The position numbers were made by a program, and so were the translations under genes. Shown piece by piece: positions 13,341 through 25,147 of a DNA stretch of 53,339 nucleotides. This stretch comes from Octopus bimaculoides (taxonomy: Eukaryota): the NCBI RefSeq assembly GCF_001194135.2, contig NC_068982.1:153440843-153494181 (forward strand), written 5' to 3'. The notes below the pieces were generated by a model. The model saw only the letters and a list, made by a program, of their open reading frames with translations, was not told where the DNA came from and searched no databases. The stretch's first letter is position 1, and the number at the start of each line of letters is the position of its first letter.

Positions 13341-14062
13341 TTTCATACTTAAGCATGGAAATTTTTGCTCATCTTTAGCAATTTAATATTTATTCTTTCT
13401 CTTCATTTTTGACAAAGTACAAATATCTGAAACGTAAAGAGATCTTCTTCTATAGATCACAGTGTAATTTATTGATTTGTACTCTCACACAGTTTTTACA
13501 GTTCTATCTATTGTTTTGTTACTGTGACTGCCTGTCATTTACCTTGGTTATTTACCTATATGTGAATTTCTGCGTCGCTATTTTAAGGTAATTTAAGAAT
13601 AATAGAGCATTCATTGATGAAGGGACTCAATACTATGAGCAATATTAAAATTCATTTTTCAATTCTTTTCGGTTGTGGCTGGTAGTTTCGACTAATAGCT
13701 TTTTAATCAGATAAATATCACACTGAATAGGCCTGCAGGAACACCTTGAAATCCCAGTGAAAACAAAATTTAATCATACATATTTATTATATTCAACATT
13801 ATTTCATAAGCCACGTATTCTAAGATATAGCACAATCATCACTATATATGCTGAAAGATCATTGGGGAGTAAATTATACACTGTTATTTTCCTATGTGGA
13901 TTTCTATATCCCATTTGTAGAATACATATTGATTTCCAATAATGTTAAGTCATTCTGCATCACTTCTTTCTTTAAAGTTATTACTTTTAATACTTATGGC
14001 CTTCTATTCTTTTGTTCTATTGTTTCTTTATATGTATCCTGCGAGGATTCGTTTGTTTACAA

Positions 14063-14259
14063 CAGCGAGATAGCGAAATCGTTAGCAGGCTCGGCAAAAT
14101 GCTTAGCGGTATTTCTTTTGTCTCTACATCCAAATTTCGCACAGCTCGACTTTGCTTTCATCGTATATGGGTCGTAAAATGGGAAACAGTTGAGCATTAG
14201 GGTTGATGTAATCAACTTGCCTCTTGCACCTAAATTACTGGCTTTGTGCTAAGTTTGAG

Positions 14260-14318
<59 letters not shown>
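14063..14318 (+). mobile_element. tRNA-SINE family B (B2-type tail) with (ATT)n tail
   Basis: GAAATCGTTAGCAGGCTCGGCAAAATGCTTAGCGGTATTTC...CTCGACTTTGCTTTCATC...GGCTTTGTGCTAAGTTTGAGA, then (ATT)n 14260-14318. Confidence 0.8.
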
Positions 14319-14321
<3 letters not shown>

Positions 14322-15043
14322 ATCATATTGGGATGTTGTTGATTGAAGGTATTATGTCTACTGGGGGATTGTACTGTTTCTCAAGTCACAGCAATATGCG
14401 TGCAGTTCAAAGTAATGCCGTTTTTTTTTTGCAATACACCTAGATTGTAGGATATTTCTAAAGTTTCCAGATGTTTCTTCAGGTGGGTGGTATTAAACCC
14501 AATGCTCCATTCTGATAACACCACTGAAAGTATACACCGTATCAACGAGGGAACTGACTTGGGATCCATCTTCACCATAAAGTTTGACGTCATCCATGAA
14601 TAACAAATGGTTGACTTTTTGTTGGTAGCTTTTGAATACTTACTCTGCCTTTGCTTTCATTAGCGCCCTGTATTTTAGTTCGCTTTTAAGCTCACCTTTC
14701 TCTTTTCGGTCTAACACAGAAATCTCCTTCGAGAGCATCTCTAACCCGCCCTGTATTCTTCATTTCCACCATGGGTCTTTTGTTTTGTGACGCCCATTGT
14801 ATTTCTTTTCCTTGACATCACCCCACCCCCTCATTTTCTGCTACAACAATACTTGCTGCCTTGATCAAGTGATGTTATTTGTTTTGATGTACTTCAGAAC
14901 ATCATTGACATTTTTCGTTTCTTGATTCAGCTTCCACTGGTCAATATTTTTAAGGTTGCAAATAATGTCGCTATCGTTCTCCTGTTGTCTTACCTTTATT
15001 TTGTCGTAGATTGCCCTTTGTTCATCTGTCATGTCGCCATTAG

Positions 15044-15050
<7 letters not shown>
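14319..15050 (-). mobile_element. R4/Dong-clade (RLE) LINE, internally deleted: N-terminal ORF piece joined to C-terminus
   Basis: Minus strand: KLNQETKNVNDVLKYIKTNNIT..KDPWWK..IQGGLEMLSKEISVLDRKEKGELK (N-terminal type), then HLKKHLETLEISYNLGVLQK..LNCTHI (C-terminal type). (ATT)n on both sides. Confidence 0.75.
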
Positions 15051-15098
<48 letters not shown>

Positions 15099-15100
15099 TA

Positions 15101-15153
<53 letters not shown>

Positions 15154-15177
15154 CATTATTGTTGTTGTTGTTGTTGT
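15051..15177. repeat. (ATT)n-(GTT)n microsatellite
   Basis: Read directly. Confidence 0.98.
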
Positions 15178-15520
15178 GAAGATGCCTGGCTCGATGTTTA
15201 GAGCGTCGGGCTCACTTTCATGATGTAATGAGTTCGAATCCATGACCAGGCTGTGCGTTGTAGCCTTGCGCTAGACACTTTATTTCACGTTGCCCCACTT
15301 CACTCAGCTGTAGAAATGAGTTGCGACGTCACTGGTGCCAAGCTGTAATGGCCTTTGCCTTTCTCTTAGATAACATCGGTGGCATGGAGAGTAGAGGCTG
15401 ATATGCATGGGGAGTTCTGGTCTTCCATAAACAACCTTGACTGAACTTGTGCCTCGGAGAGTAACTTTATAGTTGCAATCCCATGCGTATTCATAACCAA
15501 AGGAGGTCTTTACCCTTTCT
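15178..15520 (+). mobile_element. tRNA-derived SINE with CORE-like central domain
   Basis: A-box-like TGGCTCGATGTTTAGA, B-box GAGTTCGAATCC, then GTAGCCTTGCGCTAGACACTTTATTTCAC..CACTCAGCTGTAGAAATGAGT resembling the CORE-SINE domain. Confidence 0.75.
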
Positions 15521-15541
15521 TCTTCTTATTATTATTATTAT

Positions 15542-15772
15542 GGTAGTGAGCTGGCAGAAACGTTAGCACGCCGGGCGAAATGCTTAGCGGTATTTCGTCT
15601 GCCGTTATATTCTGAGTTCAAATTCCGCCGAGGTCGACTTTGCCTTTCATCCTTTCGGGGTCGATAAATTAAGTACCAGTTACGCACTGGGGTCAATATA
15701 ATCGACTTAATCCGTTTGTCTGTCCTTGTTTGTCCCCTCTGTGTGTAGTCCCTTGTGGGCAGTAAAGAAATA
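15542..15772 (+). mobile_element. tRNA-SINE family B (B1-type tail), well preserved
   Basis: A box TGGCAGAAACGTTAG, B box GAGTTCAAATTCC, central GTCGACTTTGCCTTTCATCCTTTCGGGGTCGATAAATTAAGTACCAG, tail CCCTTGTGGGCAGTAAAGAAATA. Confidence 0.92.
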
Positions 15773-15960
15773 GGTATTTCACCCGTTACTTCGTTCTGAG
15801 TTCAAATTCTGCTGAGGTCCACTTTGCCTTTCATCCTTTCGGGGGTCTGTAGATTAAGTACCAGTGAAACACTGGTTCGATTTAAGCGACTAGGCTCCTC
15901 CCTCCAAATTTCAGGCCTTGTGCCTATAGTAGAAAGGATTCTTATTACTATTATCATCAT
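15773..15960 (+). mobile_element. 5'-truncated family B SINE (B2-type tail), directly tandem to the previous copy
   Basis: GGTATTTC..TTCTGAGTTCAAATTCTGCTGAGGTCCACTTTGCCTTTCATCCTTTCGGGG..CAAATTTCAGGCCTTGTGCCTATAGTAGAAAGGATT. Confidence 0.88.
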
Positions 15961-15966
15961 CATCAA

Positions 15967-16007
<41 letters not shown>

Positions 16008-16014
16008 AAATGGT

Positions 16015-16225
16015 GTTGACTGGGAAAACCGTCCGTGCGTCAGGAAAAAATTAGCTAGCAGTATTTGCTTTTACTTTTCTCATTTGGAGTTCAAATCCAG
16101 CTCTAATTAGCTTTGACTTTCTTTGCTTTCGGGTCTATAAAATAAATACCAGTTAAGCAGTAGCTAGATTTATTTAGCTAGTATTATTCCAACTAAATTT
16201 TAGCTTTTTGCCTATATTACAAGCG
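16015..16225 (+). mobile_element. Old family B SINE
   Basis: TTAGCAGTATTTG..GGAGTTCAAATCCAGC..TTTGACTTTCTTTGCTTTCGGGTCTATAAAATAAATACCAGTT..CTTTTTGCCTATATTACAAG. Confidence 0.6.
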
Positions 16226-16339
16226 TTACTGATCAAAGTTTTTTTAGTTCTATTAGTGATGAGTAAGCTTGAAATCATCATCGGAGCATCTTTAGGCGAA
16301 ACTAAAGAAAACTAGTTGGTATGTTGTCATTAACTTCCC

Positions 16340-16845
16340 GTCCAGGAACTACTCTCGCTGGCTATCAGAAAGAAACTTAACCTGTCGTGTCTACCAAAGA
16401 CAAACGCCAGTTTTGAAAAGCCATCTCTTATGACTGTTCGAGATGCCTGCAGATAATGAGGGCGTTCCCAAGTACTTATGTAGCACTGAGTGTTACCGAA
16501 TTTTGTGGTTATCTTGAACTGCTGCTCCCGCGTGTGGAACAGGTCATGGTATCGACTTACGTTAAAAGGTTTGGGCATGAAATGCGGTTTTTCTCTGCCT
16601 GGTGACTATAGCGAAGCGGTTGCGAGGCAGACAAGTTGGAAAGGAATATAAACAGTAAAGTGGCAAGAGATTCCCTCTTGTGAAATTGTTAACTGATGGA
16701 GGACCGTGGTGAAAATGATTAGTGGATCGTACTACTTTCAGCACATGTCTAGAGATCGATGGAAAAAACGCTGGAAGAAGCACATACTATTGGAAGCCAG
16801 AGTGGCTTTTATCTGTGGGCGCTCCTGTAAAAGAACATATCATAC
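16340..16845 (+). mobile_element. Decayed 3' fragment of a Tx1/L1-type LINE, homologous to 51620-52250
   Basis: Colinear matches: GATGCCTGCAGATAATGAG vs GATGCGTGCAGGACGACGAG; GCGTGTGGAACAGG vs GCGTGTGGGACGG; TGCCTGGTGACTATAGCGAA vs TGCCTGGTGGCCTTGGCGAA; GAACATATC in both. Confidence 0.75.
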
Positions 16846-17029
16846 CATTAACTATATAGTTTGTATATGTATACTTCCTATATATATGTACATTTCCTAT
16901 ATAGTTTGTATATGTATATTTCCTGTTATTTCATACTCCTTTTCTTCTCACCTTATTTTATGTAAGCCTACTCAAATTGTAAGCTGTTTTGGGGATATCT
17001 TTTTCATCTGATAGAGTATGGCAAAACAA

Positions 17030-17270
17030 AGAAGACATTTATCATCATCCTCATCATCAACACTATTATCATGGCAACCACCTTCATCACCATCATAATT
17101 ATCATCATTGTCACTATCAACATCATAAGTACAACACCAACACCATAAAAACTCCCTCACCACCTCATCTTAAACATCATCCCCAACATTACCAGTATCA
17201 ACAATCATCATCACTACCACCATTATCCTCATCATTATTACAACCACCACCTACACCACGACCATTTCGC
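17030..17270. repeat. Degenerate (CAT/CAC)n low-complexity tract
   Basis: Read directly; gives a spurious His-rich ORF. Confidence 0.9.
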
Positions 17271-17929
17271 TTTTAGTTTTTGTGATCCTTAAATAAATTC
17301 TCGTGTGTTTTGTTCATCTTTGAAGTACTTTATTTCACCATTTAGTTATGTGCCGTAGTTTGTTTGGAATGATTCTTTGATTGAACTTTATTCCACATGA
17401 TGGAGGCTAATTGAATAAGAAATAAGAAGCGATTGTTTTCTTCGCGATATTCTAGGGAATTTCTAATTTAGTTTTATGTTTACACCAAAGCTTCAAACAA
17501 AATATATCGTAGATGAATGCATTTGGCAATCGAGATTGAAGCGTAATAAAATATCTGATGGTATTTTAAGAACTATTAGTAGTTTCGAAATAAAATAATT
17601 CCAATAAATGTAATTTTATCCCGGGTCTAAAAGCGATAAAACTTGACTTTTAATGAGATATAATTTATCACGCTAATATTGAATCTTGATATTTATCGTC
17701 TTATCAAGTTTAACTTCGTTATCCTTTCCTTTGTATTGATCTTGCACTTATTTTTAAATAAAAGGAAGTGAAAGAGGCTCTCATAAAGATTAGAACATAA
17801 TTCTGTAAAGATTCCATCGTTATAAAATGACTAATATATGTTAGCTATAAAAAGTTTAGTTGAAGGCAGAATCGGTAGAGCAACAACTATCATAGAGTGC
17901 GGCATAGAGTTCCCACATTACATTCCAAG

Positions 17930-18118
17930 ATTTATTTTATTTATTTATTTATTTATTTATTTTTTGTTTCAATCATTTGACTGCAGCCAAGCTGAACCGC
18001 TGCCTTGAAAGGTTTTATTTGGTCTCTTGCGAACCGCTAAGATACGGGGACGTAAACACACCAACACAGAATGTAAAATGTGATTGGAGGGGGGACAAAC
18101 ATAAGCGCAAAGACGCCT

Positions 18119-18149
<31 letters not shown>

Positions 18150-18295
18150 AAGGGCTTCTTTCAGTTTCCGTCTACCGAATTCACTGACAATGTTTTGGTA
18201 GACCAAAGGCTATAAAGAAAACACTTGCCCAAGGTACCACACGGTGGAACTGAACCCGGAAGCAAGATTGTTACCACACAGCCACACCTGCACCT
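17930..18295 (-). mobile_element. tRNA-SINE family A, old copy with internal (TG)n and (AAAT)n tail
   Basis: Reverse complement of AGGTGCAGGTGTGGCTGTGTGGTAA..GGTACCTTGGGCAAGTGT..GGTAGACGGAAACTGAAAGAAGCCC..ACGTCCCCGTATCTTAGCGGTTCGC..GCAGTCAAATGATTGAAAC. Confidence 0.88.
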
Positions 18296-19479
18296 ATCAA
18301 TTTATCAAGATCTTCATAAATTTTCTTTTTATCCTACAGTTGCAAATTACACGAGGAATGTTTGTATATATGTGCTTATAATTGTTAACATGTTCTCAAC
18401 GTCGGAAGATGTTAACATTGATGCATGAATTCGAAATAGAGTAGCAAAACATAGAAAAAACTACGATGATTTGTGTGTTTTTTCTTGTTTTTTTTTTTTG
18501 CAAAAATGTTCATTTAAGTGATTAGCGGACAGCCAGCCCTCCGGGTCGTTTTCTGTACCGAATATTTAAATTTATGAACTTGAAATATTCAATGATAAAA
18601 GAAAGTCCAGAAAATAAATTTTCCTGAAAGCTTCAACTCATAAAAATTCTCACGTGTTTAGAAAATATTTCTTTTAGTAATTTATCGTAGTTTTAATATA
18701 TCTGTAATTTGAACAAACTTGAAGGTTTAGCGTGCTAGAAATAGCAGCGATCACATAGTTATCATTGTAAGGCTTATAGCATTCCAAACAGCCATACTAA
18801 TAAAAACACTACTTAATTTCAAAAAAATTATACCGGTATATTAAAAAAAAATTCATTTTATCAAAAATAAGCCTTAAAGTTATACCGCTATTGTGTCTAA
18901 TAGCATTCATTCATTCAATAGATTTTTTTGCATTATATATACATCACGTATTTTATATACATTACGGATATAGAATAAACTGAGTTTTGAAAATAGCGAA
19001 TTAAAACTTGAAGTAAAAACATTGAAATGAATATATATTAAATTATCATTAAGGAAAATGCAGAGAGAGGGACTATTGCAAATGAAAACAGAAAATTTCG
19101 CCTGCAGCAAATTAATATTATTTAATAAATCTACTCAGCAGTGAAGGCAACGAATATTTAAATTTGTGAAAAACTTGTAGGTTACATATTCAATAAACTT
19201 CAGAAATCGAAATTACAGGAAATTTTTTGTAACATGAATGCATAAAAAAATTCCAGACGGCCAAGCCTTTCTTTTACATACTTGATTAATAAGTAGCTTT
19301 CTCTATTATAATCTAGATGTATTTCATGGACTAATTTGTCCCAGTCTGTTTTGGCTCTCATTCCGAATTGTTCTGTAATATAAATACCCCATTTGCCTAC
19401 TTAAAGTTCACTTGCGTGAGTAATACTTTATTGCCTGCGTAACTTAACAACTTCAGTATATGTTGATGGAGAGCAGAAC

Positions 19480-20710
19480 ACAACACACACACACACGTGC
19501 ACACACGCCCACACACACGCACACACACACCGTCTACACCGCCTCACCTTACTCCTCCAACGCTCCATTCTCCGAGCCTTCCATTGCCTCTAGTCCGACG
19601 CCTCCATCTTACGCATCATCCCTAATCCACTCCTACTCACCACACCATTATACAAACACCTACCACACTGATCAACTCTATACGCACACTGCACGCCATT
19701 ATGCGCACAACCACAGCCACCCACATAAAGCTTCCCACTCCATACACACTATCACCCAACATCTCCTAGTACCCACACCACACACCATTATCTACACACT
19801 CAAATACACCACTATAAGAACACCCCTACAGACAGTTCTATTCAGTACACACACCACATAGCATTATACGTACTCCCACATCCACACGCATTCACCTGCG
19901 CATGCATTCTCACACACATACCCATTCCACACATACACACTAGCATCCAATATCTGCCAGCCCAACCTCCTCTCAACCCATTTCACCTCCCCTTGTCCTC
20001 ATCCCATCTCCCTTCATCTGTATCCCACCTCTCCTGACCCTTATCCCTCCTCCTAACCCCTTTCTTTCGCCACACTATCTCCCCACACACCTCTATGCCT
20101 TCTTCCAAAAGGCACAAAACGTCTGAACCAAGACAATATACACACTCACGCAACGCGCATAAACACATACAACTGTCGTACACAAACATACACAATACAC
20201 ATGCACACTATATAGTTACAGACACACACACACATGTACACAAACCACCCGAACAAGCACACATCAACTGCTAAACAAGCACACGCACGCATACACACAC
20301 ATACTCACATACACACGATAGCTTCACACATATACACACGTCCATATGCACACTCACGCACACATAAATATACAAGATGCATATTACTCAACGCACACAC
20401 AAGCTTACTTGTACATATACACACACACAGACACATACACACACAGGCCCATGCATTTGAACATACATATGATAATCCCACACATACGTACACACACTCA
20501 TATGGACACACACATACACGCCTGTACATGAAACGCACATCACTCCACATGATGTACACATTAGATTATTTATACTTACACACACACACACAATCACACA
20601 CACAGACCAACGTAATTTTAAGCTCGCTCAAACATACATACCCACGTATTCGCCTCCATTTATTTATAGGCACTCACAAACACCATCCTGACATATACAC
20701 ACGTGTTTGC
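19480..20710. repeat. ~1.2 kb strand-asymmetric C/A-rich cryptic simple sequence
   Basis: G almost absent on the plus strand over long stretches; degenerate CA/CAC/CCC motifs without a fixed period. Confidence 0.85.
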
Positions 20711-20799
20711 GCCCATTAGTTTTTTCTGGTCAGCGTTATCATCTCCCTTTCACTTTGTCCCTTTCTTCCGACCATTTCATCATGCTGAACCGTTAATCC

Positions 20800-21107
<308 letters not shown>

Positions 21108-21240
21108 ATATATATATATATACACACACACACATTCGGCTGAGTGAACAAACAATAGTATAAGGCACTCAACACTTCTAGGAGTGTTATTTAAAACATG
21201 TATACATGTATTATTTAAAACTGTTTCATTCGGCTGTAAT

Positions 21241-21290
21241 TTGAGGTTTCTGGAATGACTGAGAGGTTTCAGTCATTCTAGAAACCTCAA
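21241..21290 (+). other. Near-perfect 22-bp stem / 6-nt loop hairpin
   Basis: TTGAGGTTTCTGGAATGACTGA-gaggtt-TCAGTCATTCTAGAAACCTCAA; 21 Watson-Crick pairs plus one G-U on the plus strand. Confidence 0.9.
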
Positions 21291-21356
21291 GGACTCGGGT
21301 TCTCGTTAGGAGCGTGCGAAACTGGAAGTAGCAGGGAACCGAATCAGACTGTGTTA

Positions 21357-21413
<57 letters not shown>
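21357..21413. repeat. (AAT)n microsatellite
   Basis: Read directly. Confidence 0.98.
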
Positions 21414-21414
<1 letters not shown>

Positions 21415-22552
21415 GAAAAGGAAATGAAAGAGCAACTGAGGATGGTGTATTTCCGAAAACTGAGGTTGGTGTTGCGCTCAAAATTGACTGGATCGAATAA
21501 AAGCAGTTAAAACGTGGGCGATACCATCACTTCGTTACATAGCGGGAATTATAAAATGTCAGAAAAGAGAAATGAAGAAATTGGATACCAAGACCAGAAA
21601 AATGTTGACAGTACACAGAGCATTCCACCCTAAGAGTGACACCGATAGGCTGTACTTGTCCAGAAAAAAGGGTGGGAGAGGTTTGATCAGTCGCCAGGAT
21701 TTATTGAAGCAGAGGAAAATAGCCCAGCATTGTATATAAAAAATGCCGTTGAGTCACTGTTGAAATATACGAAGACGGCTGGCGTCATTAAAACTGAAAA
21801 TTGTGATAAAGAAAAATTAAAACAACAAATGAACAAAAAAAAAATGAAAAAGCATGGAATGAAAAGAAAATGAACAGTAAATTTGCAAGGGATGTGAATG
21901 CCAAGACAGATACAGAGGACCGGTGGCTATGGATGAAGAGTGACCTGAAGATAGAGACAGAAGCACTCATATGCGCAGCCCAGGAACAAGTGTTAAGGAC
22001 CAACTATAAGAAGTGCACAATAGACAACACTACTGATAGCTACAAACACAGAATGTGAAGTGAGTGGGATGAAATGGTATGTCACTTCGTTAGCAAATGA
22101 CCGATGTTGGCACGTGAATACAAAAGACACCATGACAATGTGGCAAGAATGATCCATTGGGAGATCTGTGGAAATCACGGTCTGCAAAGAGCAAAGGCGT
22201 GGTATATGGTATGAGTAAATTCCAGGAGTCACCGAAGATAAAAATTGCAAAATCCTGTTGGATACAATGACCCAGTGCGATCAACTGACTAGACATAGGA
22301 AACAGGACATTGTTGTGGTGAATAAAAAAGAAAGAACATGTATGATTATCGACATAGCATGCCTCGGTGACAAAAGGATCAATGTGTAAGAAGAAGAAAA
22401 AAATAAACAACTATGACGATTTAATGTGGTCAATGAAGAAAGTAGACGTGATACCAGTAGTAATTGGTGCACTTGGAAGTTTCAGTACTCAACTACCAAC
22501 ATGGCTGAAAAAGATCGGTGCAAGTGTGAAGGTAAAATACCTACAAAAATCT
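21414..22552 (+). mobile_element. R4/Dong-clade (RLE) LINE, 5'-truncated, decayed
   Basis: Late RT/thumb KLDTKTRKMLTVHRAFHPKSDTDRLYLSRKKGGRGL, ETEALICAAQEQ, HDNVARMIHWEIC, RLE motif DIVVVNKKERTCMIIDIACLGD..EEKINNYDDL, VIPVVIGALGS. Confidence 0.92.
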
Positions 22553-23583
22553 CTCTCATCGACGACTGAAACCCCCTGTTGCTACCATCGAGCAAAAGTC
22601 AAAATTTTTCGACGTGGAATGGAAAATGGAATAAATTCGGTAAGTCCCCCAATAGAAGGATTTGCAAGAGAAAAGGAATTCACCAGAAGAAGGAGGATCC
22701 TTTATTCTCCACCATGGTTGAAAATGCCAGGAAAGCACCGCTAATTTATGGAGAAAACTGACGATTTTCGAAAACAAAATACGGAGCCGAGGGTTAAGCG
22801 TGGCTGCCTCGGCTGACCAATAACAACAACAACAACAACAACCAATAATAATAATAATACACACACACACATATATATATATAAACATATATATGCATGT
22901 ATATNNNNNNNNNNNNNNNNNNNNNNNNNNNNNNNNNNNNNNNNNNNNNNNNNNNNNNNNNNNNNNNNNNNNNNNNNNNNNNNNNNNNNNNNNNNNNNNN
23001 NNNNNNNNNNNNNNNNNNNNNNNNNNNNNNNNNNNNNNNNNNNNNNNNNNNNNNNNNNNNNNNNNNNNNNNNNNNNNNNNNNNNNNNNNNNNNNNNNNNN
23101 NNNNNNNNNNNNNNNNNNNNNNNNNNNNNNNNNNNNNNNNNNNNNNNNNNNNNNNNNNNNNNNNNNNNNNNNNNNNNNNNNNNNNNNNNNNNNNNNNNNN
23201 NNNNNNNNNNNNNNNNNNNNNNNNNNNNNNNNNNNNNNNNNNNNNNNNNNNNNNNNNNNNNNNNNNNNNNNNNNNNNNNNNNNNNNNNNNNNNNNNNNNN
23301 NNNNNNNNNNNNNNNNNNNNNNNNNNNNNNNNNNNNNNNNNNNNNNNNNNNNNNNNNNNNNNNNNNNNNNNNNNNNNNNNNNNNNNNNNNNNNNNNNNNN
23401 NNNNNNNNNNNNNNNNNNNNNNNNNNNNNNNNNNNNNNNNNNNNNNNNNNNNNNNNNNNNNNNNNNNNNNNNNNNNNNNNNNNNNNNNNNNNNNNNNNNN
23501 NNNNNNNNNNNNNNNNNNNNNNNNNNNNNNNNNNNNNNNNNNNNNNNNNNNNATATATATATATATATATATATATATATAAC

Positions 23584-23875
23584 TGGTTCCGGGTTCAGTC
23601 CCACTGCGTGGCATCTTGTCAAGTGTCTTCTACTATAGCCTCGGCCCGACCAAAGCCTTGTGAGTGGATTTGGTAGACGGAAACTGAAAAAAGCCCGTCG
23701 TATATATGTATACATATGTTTGTGTGTATGTGTGTGTGTCTGTGTTTTTCCCCCTAGCATTGCTTGACAACCGATGCTGGTGTGTTTACGTCCCAGTAAT
23801 CTAGCCTTTCGGCAAAAGAGACCGATAGAATAAATACTAGGCTCACAGAGAATGACTGAAAGAAGTGAAAGAGGA
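23584..23875 (+). mobile_element. tRNA-SINE family A, 5'-truncated with a 3' internal deletion
   Basis: TGGTTCCGGGTTCAGTCCCACTGCGTGGCA..CTACTATAGCCTCGG..GGTAGACGGAAACTG..GGCAAAAGAGACCGATAGAATAA. Confidence 0.92.
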
Positions 23876-23885
23876 AAATAGTATA

Positions 23886-24286
23886 TATTCTCTTTTACGC
23901 TTTTCCTTGTTTCAATCATTTGACTGCGGCCATGCAGTCGAGAAAATTTAGTCGAGAAAATCGACCCCAGGGCTTATTCTTTGTAAGTGTAGTACTTATT
24001 CTATCGTCCCTTTTGCCGAACCGCTAAGTTACGGGGGCTTAAACACAGAGCATCGGTTGTCAAGCGATGTTGGGGGATAAACACAGACACACAAATATAT
24101 ACACAAATATACATATACATATATATACATATACGACGGGCTTCTTCCAGTTTCCGCCTACCATATCCACTCACAAGACTTTGGTCAACTCGAGGCTATA
24201 GTAGAAGACACTTTCCCAAGGTGCCACGCAGTGGGACTGAACCCGGCACCATGTGATTGGCAAGCAAGCTACTTACCACACAGCCA
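23886..24286 (-). mobile_element. tRNA-SINE family A, near full length, tail-to-tail with the previous copy
   Basis: Reverse complement of TGGCTGTGTGGTAAGTAGCTTGCTT..CCCACTGCGTGGCACCTTGGG..CATGGCCGCAGTCAAATGATTGAAAC. Confidence 0.93.
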
Positions 24287-25147
24287 GGGAGATAAATATA
24301 CATTCTGGTTTATTTTCTGTGTTGCCTGATTTTGGCATCTGTGCCTTTTTTTACACTCATACATACATCCAATCCGATTCACCTAAATACATAGATGTCG
24401 GTGGGATAATATCCTCCGCCCTATTCTCTGATCGAATTTGAAATATGATCATTTGTTTCTTACATGCAGATAACTATGCAATATAGTGTATTATGAGTCC
24501 GCTGTATGATTTTCTTCGGTTGTTCTGTAGTTAAGAGGGTTGAATCTCAAAATAAAAATTAATTAATTATTTAGAAAATCAAGGTAGTGAGGTGACATGT
24601 ATGTAACAAAGAATATATTTCCAAAGAAATATCCGACAATCCCAATGCCACCTTATTTCGTCTCGCGAAGAAATAGTCCAGAAGAATAGAATTTATATAG
24701 AAATATGGATTTATTGATAAATTATAAACTTCCAGTCTTTACAAATTAACCGTTGAATATCCAGCAGTACTCTATTTACGAATATTTCATAAATATAACA
24801 AATTTCTTCTTTATATTTGCGAAATATTATTACTTTAGATGCATAGAAGCAGGATTGGCAAAATGCAAATTTTATAACAGTAAACTGATATTTATGAGCA
24901 GGGAATCATAAATAAAGAACTGAGGAAGTGGTGGATTTGTGATGGTGAGGCAGAAAGAAAGAGATCGAGAGTGAGATGTAAAATTGTAGAAAAGATTATA
25001 AGAGAGTTAGAAAAATATAAAGTAAAAGATAGGAAAGTTTGAGAAAAGATAAAGGGGCTATAGTTATTTAAAATGAGCATAACCACGACAAATTATGAAT
25101 TTAATTTTGAGATAAAGGAAGGTCAAAGTAAATTTATTAAAAGAATA

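Noticed and set aside
16256-16280. GTGATGAG-TAAG-CTT-GAAATCATC hammerhead-like string
   Set aside because: Position 3 does not pair with 8, there are extra bases before GAAA, and there is no convincing stem I or second copy.
16853-16924. 27-bp local tandem duplication TATATAGTTTGTATATGTATA(C/T)TTCCT
   Set aside because: Ordinary slippage in AT-rich sequence; a similar case occurs at 29005-29056.
16989-17276. His/Gln/Pro-rich ORF, and the His/Thr-rich ORFs at 19460-20719
   Set aside because: Low-complexity CAT/CAC DNA with no splice or domain support.
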